From Verrucomicrobiota bacterium (GTDB taxonomy: Bacteria; Verrucomicrobiota; Verrucomicrobiia; Limisphaerales; J093): a stretch of DNA of 64,000 nucleotides. The position numbers and the translations under genes are program-made. The notes under the pieces are model-generated. The model saw only the letters and a program-made list of their open reading frames with translations. It was not told the DNA's origin and did not search any database. The DNA lies in contig VHCO01000001.1 in NCBI GenBank assembly GCA_016871715.1, forward strand, positions 18,591 to 82,590, written 5' to 3'. Position 1 is the first letter of the stretch. Every line of letters starts with the position of its first letter. This document shows positions 40,463 to 49,690 of the stretch, in pieces.

Positions 40463-41215
40463 ATGCCTATCGGTGATTTTAGTGGCCAACTCACGACGGT
40501 GCTGGTGTGCGGCATGAGCCTCGCCGCAACTTGGGGCGCGGACTTGACTCAGCCGATGGCCTCGCCGGACCTCGTCTACGAGGAAATGGGCGGCCAGGTC
40601 GCCGTCGAGGCGGAGCATTTCTACAAGCAGACGTCGACGGACAAGCGGGCGTGGCACATCGCGTCGTCGAAGGCGGTACCGGAGGTGCTACCGGACGGCG
40701 ATCCGGCGCACGTGGGCGGCGCGAGCGGTGGCGCATACCTCGAGTGCCTGCCCGATTCGCGGCGCACCCATGGTGACAGGCTCATCGCTGGCGAAAACTT
40801 TGCCAATACCGCTGGCACGATGGCAGTGCTCCACTACCGGGTGCAGTTCAACACCCCGGGCCGGTATTACGTCTGGGCGCGCGCCTATTCGACCGGCAGC
40901 GAGGACAACGGGCTGCACGTGGGCCTGAACGGCCAGTGGCCGGAGTCGGGTCAGCGCCTCCAGTGGTGTGAGGGGAAGAACTCCTGGCGCTGGGAGAGCA
41001 AGCAGCGCACCGAGCAGCAACATTGCGGCGAGCCGTACAAGATCTACCTCGACATCGACAAGCCCGGCCTGCACGAAATCCAGTTCTCGATGCGCGAGGA
41101 CGGGTTCGAGTTCGACAAGTTCTTCCTGACGACCAAGCGCGAGCTCGAGCGACCGGAAGATGCCGGCCCGCCGAGCCGTGTGAAGTCGGGCCGGCTGCCG
41201 GAGGCGTTTCCGTAG
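40463..41215 (+). CDS. secreted carbohydrate-binding-module-like protein
   Basis: ORF 40376..41215 trimmed to ATG 40463, preceded by AAGAGGAA. VAVEAEHFYKQT...GGAYLECLPD...RYYVWARAYSTGSEDNGLHVGLNG...REDGFEFDKFFLT. This matches the pattern of CBM/malectin-like 'measure-by-eye' domains. Confidence 0.65.
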   Translation: MPIGDFSGQLTTVLVCGMSLAATWGADLTQPMASPDLVYEEMGGQVAVEAEHFYKQTSTDKRAWHIASSKAVPEVLPDGDPAHVGGASGGAYLECLPDSRRTHGDRLIAGENFANTAGTMAVLHYRVQFNTPGRYYVWARAYSTGSEDNGLHVGLNGQWPESGQRLQWCEGKNSWRWESKQRTEQQHCGEPYKIYLDIDKPGLHEIQFSMREDGFEFDKFFLTTKRELERPEDAGPPSRVKSGRLPEAFP

Positions 41216-41482
41216 ACGCGAGAGCTTCGAAGGTGGGGCAGAATCGGAAGGCCGGATCGGCGAAGTCCACGCATCGGCGCGCCCGTTGAAACAGCGTGGC
41301 GGCAAGCTCAGGCGTCTTACGGCGTTCGATCTCAGATTCCAGACCCCGCCAAGCCAGCAGACTGACCAGGGGATGACATGGGTCGGGATGACTGGCGGGG
41401 TATGCCTTGAATTTGCGCGAGACGGTGCAAAGAAGCGGGCGGCTTGCGCAAAAATCAACAGCTCGGAAACGTCCCAGTCGCA

Positions 41483-41499
41483 ATGAAATCTGATTTCAT
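41483..41499. promoter_or_regulatory. perfect 17-bp palindrome upstream of the nitrogen-regulation cluster
   Basis: ATGAAATC-T-GATTTCAT, located 55 bp upstream of the sigma-54-like element. Confidence 0.4.
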
Positions 41500-41553
41500 A
41501 AGTGATTGGTTGGCAGTGGGTTGTTGTTGAAATTGGGAGGGGGACACACCGGT

Positions 41554-41569
41554 TGGCAAGGCCATTGCT
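41554..41569 (+). promoter_or_regulatory. sigma-54 (-24/-12) promoter candidate for P-II/amtB(/glnA)
   Basis: TGGCAAGGCCATTGCT. GG (41555-56) and GC (41567-68) are separated by exactly 10 nt, a close fit to TGGCAC-N5-TTGCW. It lies about 150 bp upstream of the P-II start. Confidence 0.5.
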
Positions 41570-41591
41570 ACCGGGCCGTGATCGAGAATGA

Positions 41592-42056
<465 letters not shown>

Positions 42057-42087
42057 GTACGACCCCTTCACTGCCTTGAACCGACCT

Positions 42088-43512
42088 ATGAAAAAGTACC
42101 TTCGCTGTTTTGGACTGACTCTGTGGTTGCTGGTTGCCGCCGTGCCGGTAAGTGCGGCGGAGGCAACCCCAACGCCAACGCTCCCCGCGCCGACGCTCGA
42201 ACAACGGATTGCGGACCTTGAAGCCTACGTGAACAACGGGAGCCGCACCGCCGACGTGGCCAGCACCGTGGCCGGCCCTGGACCGGGTCACAACGCCTGG
42301 CAGATGACGGCGACGGCGCTGGTGTTGTTCATGACGCTGCCGGGGTTGGCCCTGTTCTATGGCGGCCTGGTGCGCCGCAAGAATGTGCTCTCGGTGATGG
42401 CGCAATGCCTGGGTGTCGCTGGCCTGGCCACCATCCTCTGGTGGGTCTGCGGGTATAGCCTCAGCTTCGGGGCGGGCACGCCGTTCCTGGGCGGGTTCGA
42501 GTTTGCCTTCTTCCGCGGCGTCGACGGGGCCGGGGTCGGGCAGGGCAGCAACTGGATCTCGAACAACGTCTGGGCCATATTCCAGCTCACCTTCGCCATC
42601 ATCACGCCGGCCCTGATCGTGGGTGCGATCGCCGAGCGGATGAAGTACTCGGCCATCATGTTGTTCCTGGGCCTGTGGATGTTCGCCGTGTATTTCCCCT
42701 TAGCCCACATGGTGTGGGGCGCCGACGGTTTCATGTGCGGCCCGCTCAACCCGGAGGCCGGCATCAAGGCCCTGGACTTCGCAGGCGGCACCGTTGTCCA
42801 TATGTCGTCGGGTTGGTCGGCGCTGGTGCTGTGCCTGATTCTGGGCAAGCGCCAAGGTTGGCCCAAAGAACCTATGCCGCCCCACAGCATGGTGCTGACC
42901 ATGATCGGCACGGGGATGCTGTGGGTGGGCTGGTACGGTTTCAATGCCGGCAGCGCGCTGGCGGCCGATGGGATCGCGGCCAACGCCTTCACCACGACCA
43001 CTCTGGCGGCGGCGACGGGCGGTTTCTGTTGGGCCCTGGCCGAGTTCATCTTCAAGGGCAAACCGAGCGTGTTAGGCTTCTGCTCGGGCATCGTGGCTGG
43101 CCTGGTGGTCGTGACCCCGGCGTGCGGCTTCGTGACGCCCTCGGGGGCCATGCTCATCGGGGTGGTGGCCGGCTTTGTGCCGTTCCTGGCCTGCTGGAAG
43201 CTGAAGGCGTGGCTGGGCTACGACGACGCGTTGGACACCTTCGGCGTGCACGGTGTGGGCGGCACGCTCGGCGCACTGATGACCGGCCTGTTGGCCACTC
43301 CGGAAGCCAATCCGGTCGTCGCCGACCTGGCGGAGGGTCTGTTGGGGGCTCAGCTCCTGGCCATTCTCCTCACCTTGGCGCTCTCGGTCGTCATGACGGT
43401 CATCATCGCGTTCATCGTCAAGGCCATCGTGGGCTTGCGGCCGACCGAGGAAGTTGAAACGCTCGGCCTCGACCTGGCGGAGCACGGCGAAGAGGGTTAC
43501 CACGGCGTGTGA
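42088..43512 (+). CDS. amtB: ammonium transporter (Amt family)
   Basis: ORF 41824..43512 trimmed to ATG 42088 (MKKYLRCFGLTLWLLVAAVPVSA). ...AWQMTATALVLFMTLPGLALFYGG..., DFAGGTVVHMSSG, WFGFNAG-type (WYGFNAGSAL), GVHGVGG. Confidence 0.93.
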   Translation: MKKYLRCFGLTLWLLVAAVPVSAAEATPTPTLPAPTLEQRIADLEAYVNNGSRTADVASTVAGPGPGHNAWQMTATALVLFMTLPGLALFYGGLVRRKNVLSVMAQCLGVAGLATILWWVCGYSLSFGAGTPFLGGFEFAFFRGVDGAGVGQGSNWISNNVWAIFQLTFAIITPALIVGAIAERMKYSAIMLFLGLWMFAVYFPLAHMVWGADGFMCGPLNPEAGIKALDFAGGTVVHMSSGWSALVLCLILGKRQGWPKEPMPPHSMVLTMIGTGMLWVGWYGFNAGSALAADGIAANAFTTTTLAAATGGFCWALAEFIFKGKPSVLGFCSGIVAGLVVVTPACGFVTPSGAMLIGVVAGFVPFLACWKLKAWLGYDDALDTFGVHGVGGTLGALMTGLLATPEANPVVADLAEGLLGAQLLAILLTLALSVVMTVIIAFIVKAIVGLRPTEEVETLGLDLAEHGEEGYHGV

Positions 43513-43531
43513 GCGGCGACGGCATAAATCA

Positions 43532-43574
43532 GCCGTGCCAGCCGGCGCCCGTGGAAAGCAGCCGCTGGCACGGC
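43532..43574 (+). terminator. stem-loop after amtB (11-bp stem, large loop); attenuator/terminator candidate
   Basis: GCCGTGCCAGC (43532-42) pairs with GCTGGCACGGC (43564-74). No U-tract. Confidence 0.3.
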
Positions 43575-43668
43575 GACACGCAGCCGGACCCGGTGGGATC
43601 CACCACGTGACGCAAGTCAGTACCTGAGCAGCACCAAAATCACAACTAAATTGACGGAACGACACAGC

Positions 43669-45081
43669 ATGAGCACTCCCAAAGAAGTCATCGAGATGGC
43701 GAAAAAGGCCGGCGCCAAGATGTTCGACATGAAATTCGTGGACACGTTTGGCACGTGGCAGCACTTCTCTTGCCCGACCGGCGAGTTGAGCGAGGACATT
43801 TTCGCGGACGGCCTCGGATTCGACGGCTCGTCGATCCGCGGCTGGAAATCGATCGAGGCCAGCGACATGCTCGCGATGCCCGATCCGGCCACGGCGTTCA
43901 TCGACCCGTTTTGCGCCGTGCCCACCCTCTCGCTCACCGCCACCATTGCCGAGACCGGCACTAAGGAACCCTACAGTCGAGATCCGCGCGGGATCGCCCA
44001 AAAGGCGGAGAAGTATCTCGCCAGCACCGGCACCGCGGACTCCGCCGTGTTCGGACCCGAAGCGGAGTTTTTCATCTTCGACAATGTCCAGTTTGACCAG
44101 AAAAGCAACGGTTGCTTTTACACGGTGGACAGCGAGGAGGCGGTCTGGAACACGGGCCGGGAGGAAATGCCCAACCTCGGCTACAAGATCCGACACAAGG
44201 AGGGCTACTTTCCGGTGTCGCCGGCCGACACGCAACAGGACCTCCGCACCGAGATGGTGCTCATGATGGAGCAACTGGGCATCCCGGTTGAACGCCAACA
44301 CCACGAAGTCGCCACGGCGGGTCAGGCGGAAATCGACTTTCGGTTCGACACCTTGGTCAAGACGGCCGACCGCATGATGCTCTACAAGTACATCATCAAG
44401 AACATTGCCCGGAAGCACGGCAAGACGGTCACCTTCATGCCCAAACCGTTGTTTGGCGACAACGGCTCGGGCATGCACACCCATGTCAGCCTCTGGAAGA
44501 AGGGCAAGCCGCTGTTTGCCGGAACCGGTTACGCCGGGCTGAGCCCCATGGCGCTCTACTTCGTCGGCGGCGTCCTCAAGCATGCCAAAGCCCTCTGTGC
44601 CATCTGCAGCCCCACGACCAACAGCTACAAACGGCTCGTCCCTGGCTACGAGGCTCCAGTGAATCTGGCCTATTCCGCCCGCAACCGGTCCGCGGCCATC
44701 CGGATCCCGACCTTTTCGGAAAGCCCCAAGGCCAAGCGCGTCGAGTATCGGCCGCCCGATCCGTCGGCGAATCCGTACCTGTGCTACGCGGCCCTGTTGA
44801 TGGCCGGCCTGGATGGGGTGCTCAACAAGATCGACCCCGGCGAACCGATGGATCGCAACCTGTACGAACTCCCGCCCGAGGAACTGGCGAAGGTCCCGCA
44901 GGTGCCGGCCAGCCTGGGCGAAGCCCTCAACTACCTGGAACAGGACCACGACTTCCTGCTCAAAGGCGACGTGTTCACTCGCGACTTCCTCGAGACCTGG
45001 GTCAGCCATAAACGCAAAGAGCACGACGCGCTGCGCCTGCGGCCGCATCCGTACGAGTACTTCCTGTACTACGACGTCTAA
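43669..45081 (+). CDS. glnA: glutamine synthetase type I
   Basis: [33 protein letters not shown]...[11 protein letters not shown]...[14 protein letters not shown]...[13 protein letters not shown]...adenylylation-loop-like NLYELP. Confidence 0.95.
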   Translation: MSTPKEVIEMAKKAGAKMFDMKFVDTFGTWQHFSCPTGELSEDIFADGLGFDGSSIRGWKSIEASDMLAMPDPATAFIDPFCAVPTLSLTATIAETGTKEPYSRDPRGIAQKAEKYLASTGTADSAVFGPEAEFFIFDNVQFDQKSNGCFYTVDSEEAVWNTGREEMPNLGYKIRHKEGYFPVSPADTQQDLRTEMVLMMEQLGIPVERQHHEVATAGQAEIDFRFDTLVKTADRMMLYKYIIKNIARKHGKTVTFMPKPLFGDNGSGMHTHVSLWKKGKPLFAGTGYAGLSPMALYFVGGVLKHAKALCAICSPTTNSYKRLVPGYEAPVNLAYSARNRSAAIRIPTFSESPKAKRVEYRPPDPSANPYLCYAALLMAGLDGVLNKIDPGEPMDRNLYELPPEELAKVPQVPASLGEALNYLEQDHDFLLKGDVFTRDFLETWVSHKRKEHDALRLRPHPYEYFLYYDV

Positions 45082-45227
45082 GCCGCGGCGCCCTGCGGCC
45101 GAGTCCGACCGCTACACGACAGGGACCCCGGGGTCTGAGCGCCCCGGGGTCTCGGCCGTTTGGGTAAGGAGCTCCAAGTCGGAGGGCGAGGTTACTCATG
45201 AGTGAGTGAGATGGACTACAAGCCGGC

Positions 45228-45258
45228 GGTAGGGCGGGCAGTCCTCTGCGCGCCGCAG
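45228..45258 (+). repeat. REP-like element copy E (left half only)
   Basis: GGTAGGGCGGGCAGTCCTCTGCGCGCCGCAG, with no matching right arm. Confidence 0.6.
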
Positions 45259-45333
45259 ACCTGTGTGGGCACAGCCCCTCGCTAAGCCTTCGGGGTCAGG
45301 CGTTCGCGAGAAAGAAACCAAGAAAAATCCAAC

Positions 45334-45362
45334 TTGCCACACCCGGGTTCGGTCCCTATATT
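45334..45362 (+). promoter_or_regulatory. sigma-70-type promoter candidate for rpmI-rplT
   Basis: TTGCCA (45334-39), 17-nt spacer, TATATT (45357-62). It lies 32 nt upstream of the rpmI ATG. Confidence 0.45.
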
Positions 45363-45393
45363 GCGCGCTCTTTGGCTGGAAACAGAATGGCCT

Positions 45394-45603
45394 ATGCGAC
45401 GTCCCAAAGGTGTTAAAACGAAGAAGTCCGTGGCGAAACGGTTTAAGGTGACTGCCACTGGCAAAGTGATGCGCTCTCATGCGGGGCGCCGCCACCTGCT
45501 GGCGACGAAGAACGCCAAGCGCCGGCATCGCTTGCGGGAATCGGCCGAGGTCGACCCGAGCGACACGTACCGCATCAAGCAGAACTTGCCGTTCAGCCAC
45601 TGA
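45394..45603 (+). CDS. rpmI: 50S ribosomal protein L35
   Basis: ORF 45334..45603 trimmed to ATG 45394: MRRPKGVKTKKSVAKRFKVTATGKVMRSHAGRRHLLATKNAKRRHRL... Confidence 0.9.
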   Translation: MRRPKGVKTKKSVAKRFKVTATGKVMRSHAGRRHLLATKNAKRRHRLRESAEVDPSDTYRIKQNLPFSH

Positions 45604-45657
45604 GGCACCTGGCTTCGCCGGCCGAGGGATCGGCCTCCCGAATCTTGCATCTGAACC

Positions 45658-46029
45658 ATGCGCATTACCAACGCTCCCGCCTCCCGTAAGCGACGCAAAC
45701 GCATGCTCCGAGCCGCTAAAGGCTTTCGGGGCCGCCGCTCGAAGCTTTATCGGTACGCCTCCGATGCCGTCGACCACGGCTTGCAGTACGCGTATCGAGA
45801 CCGGAAGAACAAGAAGCGCACCTTCCGCGGCCTCTGGCAGATCCGGATCAATGCTGCCGCGCGCGCGGCAGGCTTGAGCTACAGCCGCTTCATGGAAGGA
45901 CTCAAAGCGGCCCAGGTCGCCCTGGACCGGCGGGTGCTGGCGGAATTGGCCGCGCAGGACACGACGGCCTTCGGCGAATTGGTGAAGGTCGCCCAAACGG
46001 CGCTTCAGGCCAAGGGAGCGCGCGCCTGA
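45658..46029 (+). CDS. rplT: 50S ribosomal protein L20
   Basis: MRITNAPASRKRRKRMLRAAKGFRGRRSKLYRYASDAVDHGLQYAYRDRKNKKRTFRGLWQIRINAAAR... Confidence 0.95.
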   Translation: MRITNAPASRKRRKRMLRAAKGFRGRRSKLYRYASDAVDHGLQYAYRDRKNKKRTFRGLWQIRINAAARAAGLSYSRFMEGLKAAQVALDRRVLAELAAQDTTAFGELVKVAQTALQAKGARA

Positions 46030-46131
46030 GGAGGCGCAGGGGGCGCGGCGCGGAGGGGGTGACCTGGGCGGTCGCCCTTTTTGCTTGGGACCGCCCCATC
46101 GCCTCCCAAGCCGCGGCGAACACGCGCGGGC

Positions 46132-47136
46132 ATGGCAGTCCTGGACGACATCGAACCCCTCAAGCAAAGCGCGCTGGCTGAGTTGCGCGGCGCGGCAGAC
46201 CTGGCTGCCCTCGATCAGGCGCGCACGACCCACTTAGGCGCCCACGGCAAGTTCACCGGCCTCCTCAAGCAGCTCGGGGCCTTGCCCAAGGAAGCGCGAC
46301 CGGCGGCGGGCAAAGCGATCAACGCCGCCAAGACCGAGATCGAGACTGCGTTGGCCGAACAACGCTTGGCGCTCGAGCAGAAGGCCGCGCTGCCCCGTGA
46401 ACCCACCGATCTCACCCTGCCCGGCCGCCGCCGGCGCCTCGGCCACCTGCATCCGCTCACGCAGGTGACCGAAGACATTGTCCGGAGCTTTCGCCGGTTG
46501 GGGTTTGTGGTGGCTGAAGGTCCGGAGGTCGAGGACGACTACCACTGCTTCGATGCGCTCAACACGCCCGCGGATCATCCGGCGCGGGACACTCAGGACA
46601 CGTTCTATCTGGCCGCGCCCGGTCGGCCGCTCTTGCGCACACACACCTCCTCGGTGCAGATCCGGGTGATGGAGAAACAACCGCCGCCTGTCCGCATCAT
46701 CGTGCCGGGGCGTGTTTATCGCCGGGACAACGCCGACGCCACGCATAACCCGACGTTCCACCAAGTCGAGGGCCTCTATGTGGACCGCGACGTGACGGTG
46801 GGCGACTTGAAGGGGACGGTCGAGTTTGTGTTTCGGGAGTTGATGGGGCCCGAGACGCAGATCCGATTCCGGCCACATTATTTCAGCTACACCGAACCGA
46901 GCTTCGAGATCGATTTCGCCAGCGCGTTGACGCGCAAGCTGGGCAAGACCTGGCTCGAGATCGCCGGGTGCGGCATGGTGCATCCGCAGGTGTTCGAGAA
47001 TGTGGGTTACGATCCGGAGGTCTGGACCGGTTGGGCGTTTGGGTTTGGCATCGAACGCATCGCCATGATCCGTTACGGGATCACCGACATCCGCCGCTTC
47101 TACGAAAACGACCTGCGCTTCCTGCGCCAGTTCTAG
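46132..47136 (+). CDS. pheS: phenylalanine--tRNA ligase alpha subunit
   Basis: ORF 46081..47136 trimmed to ATG 46132. ...HPLTQVTEDIVRSFRRLGF...FDALNTPADHPARDTQDTFYL...LRTHTSSVQIR...VYRRD..DATHNPTFHQVEGL...GCGMVHPQV...AFGFGIERIAMIRYGI. No pheT follows. Confidence 0.95.
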   Translation: MAVLDDIEPLKQSALAELRGAADLAALDQARTTHLGAHGKFTGLLKQLGALPKEARPAAGKAINAAKTEIETALAEQRLALEQKAALPREPTDLTLPGRRRRLGHLHPLTQVTEDIVRSFRRLGFVVAEGPEVEDDYHCFDALNTPADHPARDTQDTFYLAAPGRPLLRTHTSSVQIRVMEKQPPPVRIIVPGRVYRRDNADATHNPTFHQVEGLYVDRDVTVGDLKGTVEFVFRELMGPETQIRFRPHYFSYTEPSFEIDFASALTRKLGKTWLEIAGCGMVHPQVFENVGYDPEVWTGWAFGFGIERIAMIRYGITDIRRFYENDLRFLRQF

Positions 47137-47254
47137 CGAAACCCCCGCGCGCGCGCCGAGGAGCTGCTTTTCCGTTGCGCGGACGCCGCCCGCCCCCTAG
47201 GCTGATGCGCATGCTGCCTGGCGCCGCCATTCCCGAGCCCTGAGCCCTCATCAG

Positions 47255-47638
47255 GTGTCCCCGCCACCGGCGATTGCGCTTCCTCCCATGCCGAAGTCAG
47301 CCGCTCCCCATGCCTTGTCCGACCGGGCCCTCGAACTGATCGCGGAGCGGTTCCGCGCCCTGAGCCAACCCCTCCGATTGCGGTTGATCATTTTGCTCGA
47401 AGGCGGTGAGCGGACGGTGACCGAACTCGTGCAGGCCTCGGGCCAAGCCCAAACCAATGTGTCCCGCCAGTTGCAGTCGCTCACCCGCGCCGGAGTCTTG
47501 AGCCGGCGGCGCCAGGGCGTGAGCGTCTATTACCGCATTGCGGACCCCGCCATCTTCGACCTGTGCCGGCATGTTTGTGGCAGCCTTCAGGAGCAGTTTC
47601 GCCAGCAGGGCGAGGCCTCGAAGCTGTTCCGGCTGTAG
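47255..47638 (+). CDS. ArsR/SmtB-family transcriptional regulator
   Basis: FRALSQPLRLRLIILLEGGERTVTELVQASGQAQTNVSRQLQSLTRAGVLSRRRQGVSVYYRI. Start is GTG 47255 or ATG 47288. Confidence 0.8.
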   Translation: MSPPPAIALPPMPKSAAPHALSDRALELIAERFRALSQPLRLRLIILLEGGERTVTELVQASGQAQTNVSRQLQSLTRAGVLSRRRQGVSVYYRIADPAIFDLCRHVCGSLQEQFRQQGEASKLFRL

Positions 47639-47792
47639 GGAGCCCTAATCCTCAGCGAGGTGGAGCGCGGACGGTTGCTTCTGCCCAGCGGATATGAGGA
47701 TCAGCACCCCGCCAGGCGCCAGCGGCCGCCAAGAGGAAGGCCGGAGCGCCTCGCAAGGCGCTCCGGCCTGCTCCACGCCAAGCTCTCTGCCG

Positions 47793-49457
47793 CTACTGCG
47801 CCGCCCGCAGCACCCGGTAGAATCGCGCGGGGGCCGCAGCGCCAGGCGCCTCGGTCCAACTCAGTTCAGCCGCCGCGCCGCCGACCGTCCGCTCGCCGTC
47901 GGCCTCGTCCGTCCAGGTACGGAGGTCGGTCGAGCTCTGGACCTGATACCGGTTGCCAGGTGTGCCAGTCCACTGGAGCGTGAGCCCGGCGCCCTGATGG
48001 CCGACGGCGAAGTCGCCGATCTCGAATCCAGCCTTGGTCTGCAGTTGTAGAGCGCGTTCGGCGGGGTAACCGAGGGCGGCGAACTGCAGCCGGCTCCGCG
48101 GCGTATGACAGTCGGCACAGGTCAGCGCCTGTTCCTTGGGAGCCACCACGTGGTTCTGAACCCAGAACATCTCGGTCTCGACGAAGCCGACTTGTCCGCT
48201 GAAGGTCTTGCCCACCGAAGCCATGCCGGCCGTGAGCGCGCGCGCCCAATCGTAACTCTTCCAGTACGCCTCTAGATCACTCGCCTGACGCGGGAACAGA
48301 TGCGGGATGGCCAGCCGTTGCGTGCCGGCGTCATAGGGCTGGCGTCCGGTGAACCGTTTGACCGGGAATAAGCGGGACCGGGGATCGTCGAAAGCCCCTT
48401 GCAGCGTCGTGAGCGTGACCAGCGAGCCGGGCTGGATCAGGTCGTCCAGCGTGAGGTAGTCCACCTCGCCATTGAACCAGACGTAGTCGGGCGGGACCTG
48501 GGCGGCCCACTGGAAGGTCCCTTTCATGGTGTCGTAGGTGGGGTTGCCTCGGCTGTCGCGAATGACTTGGTTCTTGCCGTCCAGCCCCTTCTGACCCGCG
48601 GTGCTCCAATCCCAGGTCATCTTGGTGGCCTTGCCCCCGCGGGCAAACGCGGGAATGTGACAGGTCTGACAGGCGACTCGGGCCGAGTGCATGTTTTGCA
48701 GGGCGCTGTCATGGGGCGCCGCCGTGTGGCAATCGGCGCACGCCAGGGTGTGGGCGCCTTCGCCTTCGGTGTAATGAGATCCGCGAAAGACGTGGTGCCC
48801 CTTGCCATCCCGGCCGGCACGCACGTGGCAGAAGGCGCAGTTCTGGTTGAGCCCATCGGTGCCCATGTGCACGTCCAGCGAGCGGGGCGGGTTGGTCATG
48901 GTCGAGTCCAGGTCCCCGTGCTTCACCGCGTCGCCACCGCCGCCATAGAAATGGCAAGCGCCGCAGGTGGCGCGGCTGGACTTGCCGACGCTTTGGGCGA
49001 CGGCCAGGAGGTTCACGGCGGGATCGGGGTGTCCGGCGCCGGTCGGGGTCTTCTTGTAGGTGCAGGTGGTGTCATGGCACACCAGGCAGTCGACCTTGGT
49101 GCGATCGGAGAAGTCGAAGGTCTTGTCGGTGTAACCGAGGCCCACATGACAACTGGTGCAGCGCGGCTCGTTAGAGGGCACGGCGATGCAGAAGTTGTTA
49201 ATCACGTTGTTCTTGCCGAGTTGGTCGCCCGTCTTGGGATCGGTGTATTCCCAGGTCCAGTGGGTCGTTGCCATGACCTCGTTGGCCGCTTGCGGGTGGC
49301 AGAGGGCGCAGGTCTGCGGGCCTTGGTAGGCGTCGATGAATTCGCCGTGGTCCACGGCGAGGGCTTCGGGGCGAAGGAGGCACAGGGCGAGGGCGGCGGT
49401 GGCGGCGAGTGGCCAAGGGCGACGTGGGGGGGGCGTGAGGTTCTTCATCGTGAACAT
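47793..49457 (-). CDS. octaheme c-type cytochrome (tetrathionate-reductase/OTR-like family) with an extra C-terminal beta-sandwich-like module
   Basis: Signal peptide. Eight CxxCH motifs: CALCH, CTSCH, CLVCH, CGACH, CAFCH, CADCH, CQTCH, CADCH. The C-terminal ~80 aa (...LTLQWTGTPGNRYQVQSSTDLRTW...ARFYRVL) are not part of the heme domain. Confidence 0.8.
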   Translation of the reverse strand: MFTMKNLTPPPRRPWPLAATAALALCLLRPEALAVDHGEFIDAYQGPQTCALCHPQAANEVMATTHWTWEYTDPKTGDQLGKNNVINNFCIAVPSNEPRCTSCHVGLGYTDKTFDFSDRTKVDCLVCHDTTCTYKKTPTGAGHPDPAVNLLAVAQSVGKSSRATCGACHFYGGGGDAVKHGDLDSTMTNPPRSLDVHMGTDGLNQNCAFCHVRAGRDGKGHHVFRGSHYTEGEGAHTLACADCHTAAPHDSALQNMHSARVACQTCHIPAFARGGKATKMTWDWSTAGQKGLDGKNQVIRDSRGNPTYDTMKGTFQWAAQVPPDYVWFNGEVDYLTLDDLIQPGSLVTLTTLQGAFDDPRSRLFPVKRFTGRQPYDAGTQRLAIPHLFPRQASDLEAYWKSYDWARALTAGMASVGKTFSGQVGFVETEMFWVQNHVVAPKEQALTCADCHTPRSRLQFAALGYPAERALQLQTKAGFEIGDFAVGHQGAGLTLQWTGTPGNRYQVQSSTDLRTWTDEADGERTVGGAAAELSWTEAPGAAAPARFYRVLRAAQ

Positions 49458-49473
49458 GTCGTGTAGGGTACTT

Positions 49474-49509
49474 TTATGCGTTTATACACATATCCGTAGA
49501 AGCGCATAA
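49474..49509. promoter_or_regulatory. inverted repeat in the AT-rich upstream region of the cytochrome gene (operator candidate)
   Basis: TTATGCG (49474-80) and CGCATAA (49503-09), 22 nt apart. On the gene strand they bracket a TATAAA box. This is the most AT-rich stretch I noticed in the window. Confidence 0.4.
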
Positions 49510-49690
49510 TAGGTTGAATGTAAGTAGCAGGTTCGGTTGTCTACGGGGTTAGTTGGCCTTGCCCGTGACCGGGCCTCCCGCGTCTCCGGGCCATCGAGCC
49601 CAGACGGCGCGGCGTGCCGAGCGCGGACGCGACCGCCGGGGGTGGCGGGAGGCGCGGCGGCGGCGGTCGAACTGGCGGGGAGCCGCCAGT

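Noticed and set aside
45124-45153. Two copies of CCCCGGGGTCT after glnA as a terminator.
   Set aside because: Each copy is a short self-complementary GC palindrome with no loop or U-tract. It is not convincing as an intrinsic terminator and may be a restriction-type palindrome or chance.
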